A stretch of 64,000 nucleotides of DNA from Candidatus Zixiibacteriota bacterium (GCA_024276275.1 JAJRXM010000020.1:3231-67230), one strand, 5' to 3'. Positions 49,084 to 60,420 are shown, counted from the first letter of the stretch. Made by a program: numbers and translations. Notes: a model not told the origin generated them from the sequence alone.

Positions 49084-49112
49084 TTGACTTATACCCTCTG
49101 TCTAATTATATT
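49084..49112 (+). promoter_or_regulatory. Sigma-70-type promoter candidate for hutU
   Basis: TTGACT (49084-49089), a 17-nt spacer, TATATT (49107-49112). AAGGAG at 49126-49131 lies 5 nt before ATG 49137. Confidence 0.45.
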
Positions 49113-49136
49113 CGCTGTACTATTTAAGGAGCAGAA

Positions 49137-50789
49137 ATGAAAGCAAAAAATATAAAAGCGGCAAGAGGACTCAAACTGTCCTGTAAAGGCTGGCACCAAG
49201 AAGCAGCCCTGAGAATGTTACAAAATAACCTTGATAACGAGGTTGCCGAAGAACCGGAAAATCTAATTGTATACGGTGGCTCAGGTAAAGCAGCCCGAAA
49301 CTGGGATTGTTATAACGGGATTGTAAAATCTCTAAAGTCATTAAAAAATGATGAAACCCTTCTAGTCCAATCCGGTAAACCGGTAGGTATTTTTCAAACC
49401 TATGAACATTCTCCCCGTGTAATTATTGCAAACTCGCATTTAGTACCGAACTGGGCGAGCTGGGATAAATTCCGTCAGCTTGACAAACTTGGTCTCATAA
49501 TGTACGGGCAAATGACTGCCGGAAGCTGGATATATATCGGCACCCAGGGTATTATTCAAGGCACCTACGAAACATTTGCAGCAGCAGCTACTCAACATTT
49601 TAAAGGTTCTCTGGCCGGAAAATGGATTCTCACGGGAGGTATGGGCGGTATGGGCGGAGCTCAACCACTGGCAGGAACAATGGCTGGAGCATCGATACTC
49701 TGTGTTGATGTTGACGAAAAGAAAATTAACCGTCGGGTCAAACAAGGGTTCTGTGATGTCAAAGTCAAAGAACTTGATAAAGCTTTAAAATTGATTAAAG
49801 AACATACCAAATCAAAAGAACCGATTTCAATCGGCTTAGTCGGCCACTGTGCCGAAATTTTCCCCGAGATTTTCAGACGGGGCATCCTTCCAGATATAGT
49901 CACCGACCAAACATCAGCACATGATGAACTGCATGGATATATTCCGGAGGGTCTCACAATGATTGAGGCGAACAAACTTCGAAAAAAAGATTCTAAAGGG
50001 TATATCTCACGTTCATTTGCTTCGATGCAAAAACATTGTGCTGCTATGGTCAAATTTCATAAAGCCGGTTCTATTGTTTTTGATTACGGTAATAACCTTC
50101 GCGGTCAGGCAAAAGATGCCGGACTTGTCAATGCCTTTGATTATCCCGGTTTTGTGCCGGAATATGTAAGACCTCTTTTCTGTGAAGGGAAAGGTCCTTT
50201 CCGTTGGGCTGCTCTCTCAGGTGACCCAAAAGATATCGCAATTACCGATGAACTTATACTGACACATTTTAAAAAGAATAAATTGTTAACCAACTGGATA
50301 AAACTTGCTCAGGAAAAAATACCGTTCCAGGGACTTCCGGCTCGTATCTGCTGGCTTGGGTATGGTGAACGGGCAGAGTTTGCCGACATCATCAACAACT
50401 ATGTTAAAAAAGGTAAAATCTCAGCACCGATTGTTATCGGTCGTGACCATCTTGACTGCGGTTCGGTAGCCTCGCCAAACAGAGAGACAGAATCGATGAA
50501 AGACGGCTCCGATGCGATAGCTGATTGGCCGATTTTAAACGGTATGCTTAACTGTGTCTCGGGTGCAAGCTGGGTGTCGATACACCACGGAGGCGGAGTC
50601 GGTATAGGGAATTCTATCCATGCCGGGATGGTTGTTGTTGCCGATGGAACCGATGAAATGGCAACTCGTTTAAATCGGGTACTGACTAATGACCCCGGAA
50701 CAGGTGTCATGCGTCATGCCGATGCCGGGTATCCCGAAGCGAAGAAATTTGCCAAAAAAAATAAAATCAAACTCCCAATGATAAAATAA
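49137..50789 (+). CDS. hutU: Urocanate hydratase
   Basis: 550 aa. [35 protein letters not shown]. Confidence 0.95.
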   Translation: MKAKNIKAARGLKLSCKGWHQEAALRMLQNNLDNEVAEEPENLIVYGGSGKAARNWDCYNGIVKSLKSLKNDETLLVQSGKPVGIFQTYEHSPRVIIANSHLVPNWASWDKFRQLDKLGLIMYGQMTAGSWIYIGTQGIIQGTYETFAAAATQHFKGSLAGKWILTGGMGGMGGAQPLAGTMAGASILCVDVDEKKINRRVKQGFCDVKVKELDKALKLIKEHTKSKEPISIGLVGHCAEIFPEIFRRGILPDIVTDQTSAHDELHGYIPEGLTMIEANKLRKKDSKGYISRSFASMQKHCAAMVKFHKAGSIVFDYGNNLRGQAKDAGLVNAFDYPGFVPEYVRPLFCEGKGPFRWAALSGDPKDIAITDELILTHFKKNKLLTNWIKLAQEKIPFQGLPARICWLGYGERAEFADIINNYVKKGKISAPIVIGRDHLDCGSVASPNRETESMKDGSDAIADWPILNGMLNCVSGASWVSIHHGGGVGIGNSIHAGMVVVADGTDEMATRLNRVLTNDPGTGVMRHADAGYPEAKKFAKKNKIKLPMIK

Positions 50790-50813
50790 TTTTTATTAAA
50801 TCGGTCAGATGAA

Positions 50814-52247
50814 TTGAAAATTCAAATAGGTACAAAAGAACTAAAACCTGAAACAATTTTATATGCTGTTCTTTTTATCTTTTTTCTGTTGCATTTATAT
50901 CAAATATCTGCTCCTCCAAACGGTTATCATCAATGGCGTGAGTCTGATACCGCCGCTGTGTCGCTAAACTTTTATCAGGAAGATATGAACTTCCTGCATC
51001 CGAGAGTGAACCAACGAGGCTCCCATTCCGGGATAACCGGCTCAGAACTTCCTATTTATAATTATACCGCTGCTTTGGCGTATCAAATTTTTGGTCCTTC
51101 TCATACAGTACACAGATTGATAACATTAGTAGCTGCTTTGTTTGCGATATGGTTCTTTTTTAAAATTATATTATGTATGACACGAGATAAAAATATCGCT
51201 CTTTTTTCAGCTTTTGCCTTGGCTTTTTCACCTTTGTTCTTCTTTTATTCATTTAAAATAATGCCTGATATATGGATGCTGTCTTTTCTACTAGGCTCGA
51301 TATATTTCTATCTCAAATTTTTAGAATCTAAAAAAATATCTGCAATTGTTTTTTCAGCTATAACACTCATTTTGTCAGCAACTCTGAAACCGTTATCTCT
51401 TTCGATTTATCTTGTATATCATGTTTTAGGCTTAAAATCAAAACTGACTAAATCAAAAACATATACAACACTTGCTTTTTTTATTGTTTTAACTTTTTTG
51501 CCGACCTTAAGCTGGTATCTGTATGCCCGCCACATAAATGAAATAAACCAAACACCCGGGTTTTATTTAGGCAATCTGCTTGATACTTTTTATACCTACT
51601 TAACTTTACCGGATTTTTACAAGATGCTTTTCTTGCAATGGCCGTTTGATTTATGGATCGGTTGGCCCTTAGTGATTTTCTTTGTAACAGGCATATATAT
51701 TCTTATAAAAAACAAACTAAAATATGGTTTTTTCATTTGGACTTTTGCCTGTTATGCAGTTTTTGTTTTGGTAAGTTCACACTCATACTCCCATGATTAT
51801 TACACTCTTATTATAGTTCCTCCGCTGGCAGCTATTACTGGGGTTGGTATAAACCATATAACGCAAATGAAAAAGTACGGCAAAGCAATACTAATTCTTT
51901 TATTACTACTTATTCCGTTTACCCCATTCCTTCGTATTCACCAACGCTTTATAGATGTCCCCAATTTTGATAAAATTCGTTCAGATGCCGCCGAAGTAAT
52001 CCCATCAAAATCATTAGTTATGGTAGAAGATGCCACCACAGCTATTAGGCTATATCAATTAAATAAAACAGGTTGGCCCTTACGGGGAACTATTACGTAT
52101 AGTCATGTGAAACAACTTGTAAATGAGGGTGGCAATATTATAGTATTAGAAAATGAAATAGGGAAATATGATGATTCTTTAAAGTATCTATTTGAGAGAA
52201 AATATAAAAAAATAGATAACCTTTTTTGTTATCTTGTAAAAAAATAA
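50814..52247 (+). CDS. ArnT/PMT-like (GT-C fold) membrane glycosyltransferase
   Basis: 477 aa, about 11 TM helices. The first loop has YHQWRESDTAAV, and ELPIYNYTAALAYQIFGPSHTVHRLITLVAAL resembles the GT39/GT83 N-terminal region. The start is TTG. Confidence 0.5.
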   Translation: MKIQIGTKELKPETILYAVLFIFFLLHLYQISAPPNGYHQWRESDTAAVSLNFYQEDMNFLHPRVNQRGSHSGITGSELPIYNYTAALAYQIFGPSHTVHRLITLVAALFAIWFFFKIILCMTRDKNIALFSAFALAFSPLFFFYSFKIMPDIWMLSFLLGSIYFYLKFLESKKISAIVFSAITLILSATLKPLSLSIYLVYHVLGLKSKLTKSKTYTTLAFFIVLTFLPTLSWYLYARHINEINQTPGFYLGNLLDTFYTYLTLPDFYKMLFLQWPFDLWIGWPLVIFFVTGIYILIKNKLKYGFFIWTFACYAVFVLVSSHSYSHDYYTLIIVPPLAAITGVGINHITQMKKYGKAILILLLLLIPFTPFLRIHQRFIDVPNFDKIRSDAAEVIPSKSLVMVEDATTAIRLYQLNKTGWPLRGTITYSHVKQLVNEGGNIIVLENEIGKYDDSLKYLFERKYKKIDNLFCYLVKK

Positions 52248-52311
52248 TAGATTGTCTTTAAAGAAGATTCTAACTATACTTAAAGTTGATTAAATTAAAA
52301 GAAAATCCAAA

Positions 52312-53580
52312 ATGACAAAAATGAAAAAAGCGACATTAATTATAAAAAATATAGGGCAACTGATAACTATGGCAGGACCTGCTCCCAGAACAGGTGCTCA
52401 AATGTCCGACTTAGGTCTTATTGAAAACGGCGGTATAGCTGTCTCCGGTGAAGAAATTCTTTTTGTCGGTGAGTCCGAAAAAATAGAAGGACAAGCGGAG
52501 CTTGCCGAAGGTTGTACAGTAATAGATGCCAAAGGTATGGTTGTAACTCCCGGATTTATTGACCCGCATACTCATCCCGTCTTTTCTAAAACTCGTGAAA
52601 AAGAGTTCGAAATGAGAATTCAAGGCAAAACCTATATGGAAATCGCCGAGTCGGGTGGCGGTATCCGTTCATCTGTTCGAGACCTTCGAGAAACCGACTT
52701 TGCTACCCTTAAAGAGAAAACAAAAGAACGATTAGATCGTTTTCTCTCGTATGGTGTAACTACTATTGAAGCAAAATCAGGCTATGGGCTTTCGCTTGAA
52801 TCTGAACTGAAACAACTTGAAGTAATAAACGAATTAAACAAAACTCATATTTTAGATTTAATCCCTACATTTTTGGGAGCTCATGAAGTTCCCGATGAGT
52901 ACCGTTCAGACAGAGAGGCATATATTAATATTATCATAAACGAAATGATTCCTGCTGTTACAAAAAATAATCTAGCTGAGTTTTCAGATATTTTTACCGA
53001 AGAAGGCGTTTTTACAATTGCTGAATCAAAAAAAATTCAACAGACTGCAAAAGATGCCGGCTTAAAATTAAAATTCCATGCCGATGAATTACAATCAACA
53101 GGAGGCGGTGAACTTGCCGCTGAACTCGGTTCTGTTTCTGCCGACCATTTGGTATATATTTCCGATGACGGTATAGAAGCAATGGCAAAATCAAAAACTG
53201 TAGCGGTGTTGCTTCCGGGAACAACATTTTCACTCTCAGGTAAACAGTATGCTCCTGCCCGTAAAATGATTGACGAGGGTGTAATCGTTGCTCTCTCTAC
53301 AGACTGTAACCCCGGTTCCAGCTGTTCAGAATCTCTGCCGATTATTATTTCGCTGGCGGCATTACAATTAAAAATGACAGCTGCCGAGGCAATTACAGCA
53401 GTAACGGTAAATGCTGCTGCTGCGGTTGACCGAATAGGCAAAATCGGACAACTGGTGGAAGGTATGCAGGCAGATATTACTATTTGGGATATGGGTGACT
53501 ATCGTGAATTACCTTACCATTATGGAGTAAATTTGGTTTCTCAGGTTGTTAAAAAGGGAAAACTCGCAATCAGCAATTAA
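52312..53580 (+). CDS. hutI: Imidazolonepropionase
   Basis: PGFIDPHTHPVF, GVTTIEAKSGYGL, KFHADEL, ALSTDCNPGS. Confidence 0.92.
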   Translation: MTKMKKATLIIKNIGQLITMAGPAPRTGAQMSDLGLIENGGIAVSGEEILFVGESEKIEGQAELAEGCTVIDAKGMVVTPGFIDPHTHPVFSKTREKEFEMRIQGKTYMEIAESGGGIRSSVRDLRETDFATLKEKTKERLDRFLSYGVTTIEAKSGYGLSLESELKQLEVINELNKTHILDLIPTFLGAHEVPDEYRSDREAYINIIINEMIPAVTKNNLAEFSDIFTEEGVFTIAESKKIQQTAKDAGLKLKFHADELQSTGGGELAAELGSVSADHLVYISDDGIEAMAKSKTVAVLLPGTTFSLSGKQYAPARKMIDEGVIVALSTDCNPGSSCSESLPIIISLAALQLKMTAAEAITAVTVNAAAAVDRIGKIGQLVEGMQADITIWDMGDYRELPYHYGVNLVSQVVKKGKLAISN

Positions 53581-53620
53581 ACTGATTGGAACGAGTTGAC
53601 TGCGAAACCGTAAAACTATT

Positions 53621-54106
53621 ATGACCCTAAAATCGACTTTTGTTGTTCTGATTCTTTTTTTGTTTGTGGGATGTTCCGTGTATACTTTTAATCCAAAGGG
53701 GAAATCCTCATTACAATCTATTTCTGTTGAGCTGTTTGAGAATACAACAGGTGAATACGGTCTGGAAGATAGAATGACCGAGCAGGTGATTGAGGCATTT
53801 ATTACTGACGGGTCTATTAAAATTGTTCCTGAAAATAGTGCCGAGGCGTTGCTTTATGGAAAATTGATAAAATATATTCGAAAACCGTATGAATATGATG
53901 AATCTGACATAGTAAAAACCTATGCTGTGACGATGACATTTGAAATAAAACTGGTTAATACTCTTGATAACATTGAATTATGGACAAACACAATCAGTCA
54001 GTTTGGCGTCTACAATATAGAATCAGAAGTTGAAATAGACGGACAGCAGAGAGCCATTGAAAAATTAGTTGATGATATAATTAACAAAACAACAAAAAGC
54101 TGGTAA
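53621..54106 (+). CDS. LptE-like LPS-assembly lipoprotein
   Basis: Lipobox LFLFVGC. The size (161 aa) and the pattern SISVELFENTTGEYGLEDRMTEQVIEAF are typical of LptE. Confidence 0.5.
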   Translation: MTLKSTFVVLILFLFVGCSVYTFNPKGKSSLQSISVELFENTTGEYGLEDRMTEQVIEAFITDGSIKIVPENSAEALLYGKLIKYIRKPYEYDESDIVKTYAVTMTFEIKLVNTLDNIELWTNTISQFGVYNIESEVEIDGQQRAIEKLVDDIINKTTKSW

Positions 54107-54187
54107 ATCTTTATCTCTATTCTGCCGTTTTAATATATTGACAGCTAATTTGTTACAAAGTATGTTCGTATAAACAAAGGATACTTA

Positions 54188-55135
54188 ATGAAATCAAAAG
54201 TTCGTAATCTTGGCATATCTTTTATATGTATATTACTTCTCACAAACTGCCTGAATGCCCAAGAAATTAATTCCAATGCGGGTACTTCGGCATTTTCTTT
54301 TCTGAAAATAAATGTTTCAGCTCGTGCGGTCGGTATGGGGGGAGCATTTACCGGATTGGCAGATGATGAGTCAGCCCTTTATTATAATCCTGCCGGGATT
54401 ACATCTATTGAAGATTCAAAATATATTGTAGGCTACCATAATTATTTCTTTGATATGCAGACCGGTTTTTTAGGGTATATCAAACCGATTAATGAAAAAA
54501 GAACAATAGGATTTTATCTCAGCTATCTAAACTACGGCTCTTTTACACAAACCGCCCAGACCGGTTCTGTAATCGGTGATTTTGGCGGTGGGGATTTACT
54601 TTTTGCTCTGTCTATTGCCCAAAAAAAAGACCATAATATTTCTTATGGTCTGACAGCCAAATTTATCTATGAACGTATAGATACATATACAGCTACCGGA
54701 GCGGCATTTGACCTCGCTTTGAAATATAATTCTGACCGTGGTCGTTTTGGAGCGGGTATCATGCTGCAAAATGTCGGCGTTCAACTTTCATCGCTTGGAA
54801 CTACCAAAGATAAACTACCGAGTACAATTCGGTCCGGTATATCATTTAAACCGAGAGGAGTACCGATGACGATAACATCTGACCTGATACTTCCGTTTGA
54901 CAATGATATGATTTTTGCTATTGGTGCCGATTATTACAATTTTAAACCGTTTTATATTAGGCTCGGATGGAACAGCTTTGGCTCCAATTACAAAGCAACA
55001 AACTCGAATGCTTCTCTTACCGGGCTTTCGTTAGGATGTGGATTTGATATTAAAAAGATGCAAATATCGTATGCTTTTTCACCTTCTGCTGATTTAGGTG
55101 ATTCGCATCGTATAACTGTAACCGGAGAATTGTAA
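54188..55135 (+). CDS. PorV/PorQ-like outer-membrane beta-barrel protein
   Basis: Signal peptide, then GTSAFSFLKINVSARAVGMGGAFTGLADDESALYYNPAGI, the N-terminal signature I associate with PorV/PorQ-family proteins. Confidence 0.45.
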   Translation: MKSKVRNLGISFICILLLTNCLNAQEINSNAGTSAFSFLKINVSARAVGMGGAFTGLADDESALYYNPAGITSIEDSKYIVGYHNYFFDMQTGFLGYIKPINEKRTIGFYLSYLNYGSFTQTAQTGSVIGDFGGGDLLFALSIAQKKDHNISYGLTAKFIYERIDTYTATGAAFDLALKYNSDRGRFGAGIMLQNVGVQLSSLGTTKDKLPSTIRSGISFKPRGVPMTITSDLILPFDNDMIFAIGADYYNFKPFYIRLGWNSFGSNYKATNSNASLTGLSLGCGFDIKKMQISYAFSPSADLGDSHRITVTGEL

Positions 55136-55614
55136 TGGTTATCAAAATAAAAGATTTTGCCTTGGTTGTTGTAATTTCATCTTTGATTTTTAGCATGATC
55201 GGTTGTATGGGAGGAACCGGCAATACTCCAAAACAGGCTGTCATTGAGATGTTTGGAGCAATGGAGAAAGATGATAAAGCTGCTTTGGCTCACCTTCTAG
55301 ATTTAGAAGAGCTAATGAAAATCACAAGTGATGATTATGCTTTACAAACTGATAAACCGAGAATGTTTACATCCCCACAACAAATTCTTGAAGATTTAAC
55401 AGAAAACGGAAAAACAAAAATAAGATGGTTTTCGTATCAAAGAATTATCAATAAAGAAGAAATAACAGGTGAGTCGGCAAAGGTTGAAGTTACATTTGTA
55501 GATAATGAAAAGTCGCAGGCATACCTTGTTAAATTTGGTGTACATATTAAAAACGGTAAATGGAAAATTTATTCATTTAACACAATTCAGGATACTAACA
55601 ATGCAAACTATTAA
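55135..55614 (+). CDS. Lipoprotein of unknown function
   Basis: Lipobox FSMIGC. 159 aa. Confidence 0.45.
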   Translation: MVIKIKDFALVVVISSLIFSMIGCMGGTGNTPKQAVIEMFGAMEKDDKAALAHLLDLEELMKITSDDYALQTDKPRMFTSPQQILEDLTENGKTKIRWFSYQRIINKEEITGESAKVEVTFVDNEKSQAYLVKFGVHIKNGKWKIYSFNTIQDTNNANY

Positions 55615-56056
55615 ACTTCTAATAATACTGGCTCTCACAATGACATTTTCTAACTGTAACAACTACAGCAAAGTAGACAAAACACAACAAACTCAGAAAA
55701 ATTCAGTACAATCTATCCCCGAAACTACCACAGATGAAGTTTCTGTGCAATTTCTAAAGTCAGAATTTGATTTGGGTAAAGAGTTTTATCTGTTGGATGT
55801 GAGAACAAAACCTGAATTTGATGAAACGCGACTGAGTTTTGCGAATGATCAAATTCCGTATGATGCTATGGAGCAGTATCTCGATAAACTTCCTCAAGAT
55901 AAAGAGAAAACGATTTATCTCTTCTGTCGTTCAAGTAGGCGGTCTGGCATCGCTACTAAATACCTTCGCTCTCTAGGGTATACTCGTGCATATAACGTTA
56001 CCGGCGGACTTTTAGCTTGGCAAGAAGCAGGGTATGAGGTTGTCTCCGACAAATAA
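55601..56056 (+). CDS. Rhodanese-domain sulfurtransferase, secreted
   Basis: ATG 55601 gives MQTIKLLIILALTMTFSNC. Active-site loop LFCRSSRRSG, and ...VTGGLLAWQEAGYEV. Confidence 0.8.
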   Translation: MQTIKLLIILALTMTFSNCNNYSKVDKTQQTQKNSVQSIPETTTDEVSVQFLKSEFDLGKEFYLLDVRTKPEFDETRLSFANDQIPYDAMEQYLDKLPQDKEKTIYLFCRSSRRSGIATKYLRSLGYTRAYNVTGGLLAWQEAGYEVVSDK

Positions 56057-56463
56057 TAAATCTAGTTAAATAAAAAAAGCCCACTAATGAAATAAAACAG
56101 AAAAAGAGGGGGATTTTCTGTCTTGGGAGCATTAGCGAGCTATCTATAATATCACACTCAACGTTTATTTGTCAATATATTTATTTGTCAATTTATCTGA
56201 TTTTAAGTAAATGCTACCCAAACCCACAACTAAACTGATATATGACAGTTTGTTAGAGGGATGTATAGTTTTTATATCTTACCGGTTTTATCTATTATAT
56301 GAGCAGTGAAATTTTATAATTATTTATTTTAAATTGTTTTAGATAAACAGGTGTACATAACCGTCAAAATAGTAGATAAATATAATTTTTCGGTTGTGCC
56401 ATTTTAAAATTCTACTTATATTCATGACCTGATTTTTAAAAGAGCAAATAGGAGATTTTTTTG

Positions 56464-56907
56464 ATGAATAAAGTTTTTAAAAAGATAGCGATTTCTGTAA
56501 TCAGCTTGGGAATAGTGCTTTTTACCGTTGCCGGTTGTTCTGATGATATTATTTTGGAACCGCTTGATTCAATAGTAGGTAGTTATGAAGGTCATTTTTA
56601 TCTGACAGACTTAACACAGGGTGGAGCTGCCGATACTTTAATAAGTATTGATATTTTGTGGGATTTCAGAGAATTAACATACCAATTAGACGATACGACT
56701 CAGACTATTTGTACACCGAAAGGTGATTATGTATTAAGTGGAGACCAAATCAAACTTGACGAAAATTTTGACGGAAATAGTGGTGGTGTTTGTAACCCTT
56801 CATTAAACCCGTTGGGTGATTTTTCTATCCGTCGTCCGGCTGATTCACTTATACTTACCCAAAGTACACCCTCTAATTTTTATGAAATTAGACTCAAAAG
56901 AAAATAA
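56464..56907 (+). CDS. Lipoprotein of unknown function
   Basis: Lipobox LFTVAGC. 147 aa. Confidence 0.5.
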   Translation: MNKVFKKIAISVISLGIVLFTVAGCSDDIILEPLDSIVGSYEGHFYLTDLTQGGAADTLISIDILWDFRELTYQLDDTTQTICTPKGDYVLSGDQIKLDENFDGNSGGVCNPSLNPLGDFSIRRPADSLILTQSTPSNFYEIRLKRK

Positions 56908-56933
56908 TAAGATTACTTAGATTCTAAATTAGT

Positions 56934-56968
56934 AAAAAAGCAGTCCGCCAAAACGGGCTGCTTTTTTT
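56934..56968. terminator. Bidirectional intrinsic terminator
   Basis: A-run, stem agcagtccg/cgggctgct (one mismatch), then a T7 run. It sits between convergent genes. Confidence 0.65.
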
Positions 56969-57017
56969 AATGTTACGGATTTAAGAGGTATAAAGAAAAA
57001 AATTATTTATAAGTATT

Positions 57018-57692
57018 TTATTCTTCTTCACTTTGATGTCTGATAATTTCACCGCTTACCATATAAATTATATCTTCGGCTATATTCGTTGCATGATCGG
57101 CTATACGCTCTAAATTCCGTGATACTGATAACAAAGAGACATAAAACGGTACAAAATCAGGTTCCTGTTTTAATAATTTTTTAATTTCTTTATATGCCTT
57201 TTTGTGAATAGTATCAATTGTATTATCCGTTTTCAAAACAGTTTTAGCTTTGTCGGCATCCCAGGCGATTAACGCATCCGAAGCATCTTTTACCATCTGC
57301 ATAGGTATAGATAACATTTTATCTATATCAAAAGGAACCTTGCTGTTTGTAAAAGGAGCTAAATCTTTTATTCGTTTAGAAATATTTACCGATAAATCCC
57401 CAATACGTTCCAAATCATTATTTATTTTTAATACCGCAATAACAAAACGTAAATCGGCGGCAACCGGTTGATGAAGGGCTAGAATTTTTAAACATTCTTC
57501 TTCTACTTCAACTTCATAATTATCAATTTCAATATCCACGGCTTTGATTTGTTCTACAACAGAAACATCACGGTTGATGATTGCCATAACCGACTTTTCC
57601 AATGAACCTTCAACCATCGCAGTCAAATGAAGAATCATTTTTTTTAATCTATCTATTTCGTTTTCAAAATGTCTGGTCATATTATACTCCAA
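57018..57692 (-). CDS. phoU: Phosphate signalling/transport regulator PhoU
   Basis: Two PhoU repeats with DLERIGD and NLERIADHATNIAEDI. Confidence 0.9.
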   Translation of the reverse strand: MEYNMTRHFENEIDRLKKMILHLTAMVEGSLEKSVMAIINRDVSVVEQIKAVDIEIDNYEVEVEEECLKILALHQPVAADLRFVIAVLKINNDLERIGDLSVNISKRIKDLAPFTNSKVPFDIDKMLSIPMQMVKDASDALIAWDADKAKTVLKTDNTIDTIHKKAYKEIKKLLKQEPDFVPFYVSLLSVSRNLERIADHATNIAEDIIYMVSGEIIRHQSEEE

Positions 57693-57695
57693 CTA

Positions 57696-58511
57696 TCACC
57701 CGAAACGACCGGTGATATAATCTTCAGTTTTTTGTTTTTTCGGTTTTGTGAATATCATCTTAGTTTCACCTGTTTCGATAACGACACCTTCATAGAAAAA
57801 TGCAGTCGTGTCAGAAACTCTGGCCGCTTGTTGCATATTGTGTGTAACGATTATAATAGTATAATTCTTTTTTAATTCAGCAATTAAATCTTCAATCTTT
57901 GAGGTAGAAAGAGGGTCAAGTGCCGAGGCAGGTTCGTCCATTAAAAGGACTTCCGGTTGGACGGCCAATGCCCGGGCAATACAAAGCCTTTGCTGTTGTC
58001 CACCGGAGAGGAGAAATGCCGATTTATCTAATTTATCTTTAACTTCTTCCCAAAGAAATGCTTTTTTTAAAGTTTCCTCGACAGCCTCGGCAATTATCCC
58101 TTTGTCTTTGATACCGTTTACTTTTAAACCATAAGCGACATTTTCAAAAATAGATTTTGGAAACGGGTTTGATTTTTGAAATACCATCCCGATTTTAGTA
58201 CGAAGCATAGATACATCGCTAAATTCCTTATAGATATTTACACCTTCTAAAAGAACCGAACCGGTAAGTTTGGTTCCCGGAATCGTATCATTCATTCGGT
58301 TTAAAGTTCTCAAAAATGTTGATTTTCCGCAACCGGAAGGACCGATTAAAGCTGTCACATTATTTTCAACTATATCCATATCGATGTTATATAATGCCTG
58401 CTGGCTTCCATAGAAAAAATTTACATTACGAATAGACATTTTTATCGATTGTGATGGAACGAAAGTCTGATTAGACTCAGATAGTCTAACAGTCATTTTG
58501 TTCTGTTGCAT
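57696..58511 (-). CDS. pstB: Phosphate ABC transporter ATP-binding protein
   Basis: [35 protein letters not shown], and the C-terminal YITGRFG typical of PstB. Confidence 0.95.
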   Translation of the reverse strand: MQQNKMTVRLSESNQTFVPSQSIKMSIRNVNFFYGSQQALYNIDMDIVENNVTALIGPSGCGKSTFLRTLNRMNDTIPGTKLTGSVLLEGVNIYKEFSDVSMLRTKIGMVFQKSNPFPKSIFENVAYGLKVNGIKDKGIIAEAVEETLKKAFLWEEVKDKLDKSAFLLSGGQQQRLCIARALAVQPEVLLMDEPASALDPLSTSKIEDLIAELKKNYTIIIVTHNMQQAARVSDTTAFFYEGVVIETGETKMIFTKPKKQKTEDYITGRFG

Positions 58512-58514
58512 AGT

Positions 58515-59468
58515 TTAGGTTCTCACTTTTCTAGTACGTAACTTATAACGGAATAGTATTGCCATAAAATTTAATGAAAATGTTAAGAGTAACAATACTA
58601 ACACCGTACCATAGAGTATCGGTTTTGTCGCTTCTATATCCGGAGATTGAGTTGCCATTACAAAAATATGATACCCCATTTCCATAAACTGGTCGTTGAG
58701 TTTATGAGGAAGATACGGCAGGTAATATGCCGCTCCGGTAAACATAATAGGGGCAACCTCTCCGGCACCACGGTTGATTGCTAGAATTGCTCCGGTAAGT
58801 ATTCCGGGCATAGCTTGAGGCAGCACGATTTTTCTAATTGTTTGTAGCTTTGTAGCACCTAAAGCATAAGATGCGTCTTTCATCTCTTGCGGAATAGTTC
58901 TGAGTGCTTCTTCGGTTGAAATAATTACTACCGGAAGAGTTAACAAGGACATTGTAAGGGCAGACCAAACAATGGCCGGTTGCCCCCATACCGGCCTACT
59001 GCTTGAGTAAAAAATTGAATCGATCCCTGTTCCGATAAATCCGATAAAAAACCCCAACCCAAAAAGTCCAAAAACTATAGAGGGAATTGATGCTAAGTTA
59101 TTTATTGCGATGCGAATCAAACGAGTTACTTTTGATGTTGAGTTTCTATATTCGTGTAAATACAAAGCTGTCATGACACCGATTGGAATAACTGCTATTG
59201 TCATTAAAAAAACTAAAGCAACAGTACCGAATATAGCAGGAAATATACCGCCGCTTTCCATCCCGTTTTTTGGTGGTGAACTTAAAAATTCCCAACTGAT
59301 AGTACCTATTCCGTTGTAGAAAATATCTATTACGATAAAAGCAAGAATTGATATAATTATAATAACAGAAGTTAATGTTATTGTTCTAGGAATTATACCT
59401 GAAGATTTTTTTTCAAAATGCGAAGTGATATCTTGATGAACCTGTTTTTGTGAAACTGTTTGTATCAT
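58515..59468 (-). CDS. pstA: Phosphate ABC transporter permease PstA
   Basis: 317 aa, 6 TM helices, with the EAA-type loop EEALRTIPQEMKDASYALGATK. Confidence 0.9.
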   Translation of the reverse strand: MIQTVSQKQVHQDITSHFEKKSSGIIPRTITLTSVIIIISILAFIVIDIFYNGIGTISWEFLSSPPKNGMESGGIFPAIFGTVALVFLMTIAVIPIGVMTALYLHEYRNSTSKVTRLIRIAINNLASIPSIVFGLFGLGFFIGFIGTGIDSIFYSSSRPVWGQPAIVWSALTMSLLTLPVVIISTEEALRTIPQEMKDASYALGATKLQTIRKIVLPQAMPGILTGAILAINRGAGEVAPIMFTGAAYYLPYLPHKLNDQFMEMGYHIFVMATQSPDIEATKPILYGTVLVLLLLTFSLNFMAILFRYKLRTRKVRT

Positions 59469-60420
59469 CTTTCGCCTTGCAACTTTTCTTTAAGTTTTAT
59501 CAAAACAATATCACCGCTGAGATTTATGATAAATGTGAATATGAAAAGTAAACTACCCAGAAAAAAAGAACACTATAGTGAGCTGATCCAAAAACAACCT
59601 CAGCTAATTCCGAAGCAATAGTTGCTGAAAATGTTCGGATTGAATCAGAAAATGATGCAGATATAACAGCAGCGTTTCCCGATGCCATGAGAACTATCAT
59701 CGTTTCGCCGATTGCTCTTCCAAATCCTAAAATTATTCCTGCGGCTATCCCGGGCAATGCTGCAGGTAAAATAACAGTTGATGATACCTGCCATTTGTTT
59801 GCTCCGAGAGCTAGAGCGGCATCTGAAAGAGATTCGGGTACCGAAGTCAAAGCATCTTCAGATATAGTAAATATGATCGGTATTACCGCAATTCCCAATG
59901 CGATGCCTGCATTAATAGCATTTAACCTATATGTAAATCCAAATATATTTTGTAAAATTGATGCCAAAACTATTAATGCAAAAAAACCAAGTACAACCGA
60001 CGGTATCCCCGACAACATTTCAATTGCAGGCTTAATTACCTCCCGCATTTTTTTTGAGGCAAACTGTGATGAATAAATTGCTCCTCCGACCCCAAGCGGT
60101 ATCGCAAAGAGCATTGCTACAATTGATGCTTTCAAAGTTCCGATGAACAAAGGCAGGAGAGAGTATCTTGGATTATCTGAATTAGGTTGCCACGAAAACT
60201 TGGCTTCTCTACCTTCTGAAAATGATTGCTTCACAATCATTTTCTCAATAGTCACTTCTTCCTGAATAAATTCATCATAGAAAATAGGAAGAGCTTCTTT
60301 AAAAATAAAAATAAATATCAATAGTACCGCAGCCAATGCAACAAAAGCGTTTATAGCAATAAACTTTTCGCCAATAAATTCGATTATTCTTGATTGTTTC
60401 TTAAAGTTATATTTTTTCAT
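59465..60420 (-). CDS. pstC: Phosphate ABC transporter permease PstC (3' end frameshifted in an A7/T7 run)
   Basis: EAA loop EDALTSVPESLSDAALALGANK. Adding one base to the run at 59561-59567 replaces the tail FFWVVYFSYSHLS with FFLGSLLFIFTFIINLSGDIVLIKLKEKLQGER. That tail ends in a TGA overlapping the pstA ATG (ATGA at 59465-59468). Confidence 0.85.

Noticed and set aside
53012-53441. Minus-strand ORFs of 73 and 134 aa
   Set aside because: They are antisense to hutI, whose identity is unambiguous. The same reasoning applies to the antisense ORFs inside hutU, the MMPL gene, metK, ahcY and pstC.
59561-59567. Programmed ribosomal frameshifting in pstC (and the other split genes)
   Set aside because: The breaks are plain homopolymer runs with no downstream stimulatory structure. 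They occur in unrelated gene families with no known recoding. Indel error or decay is simpler.
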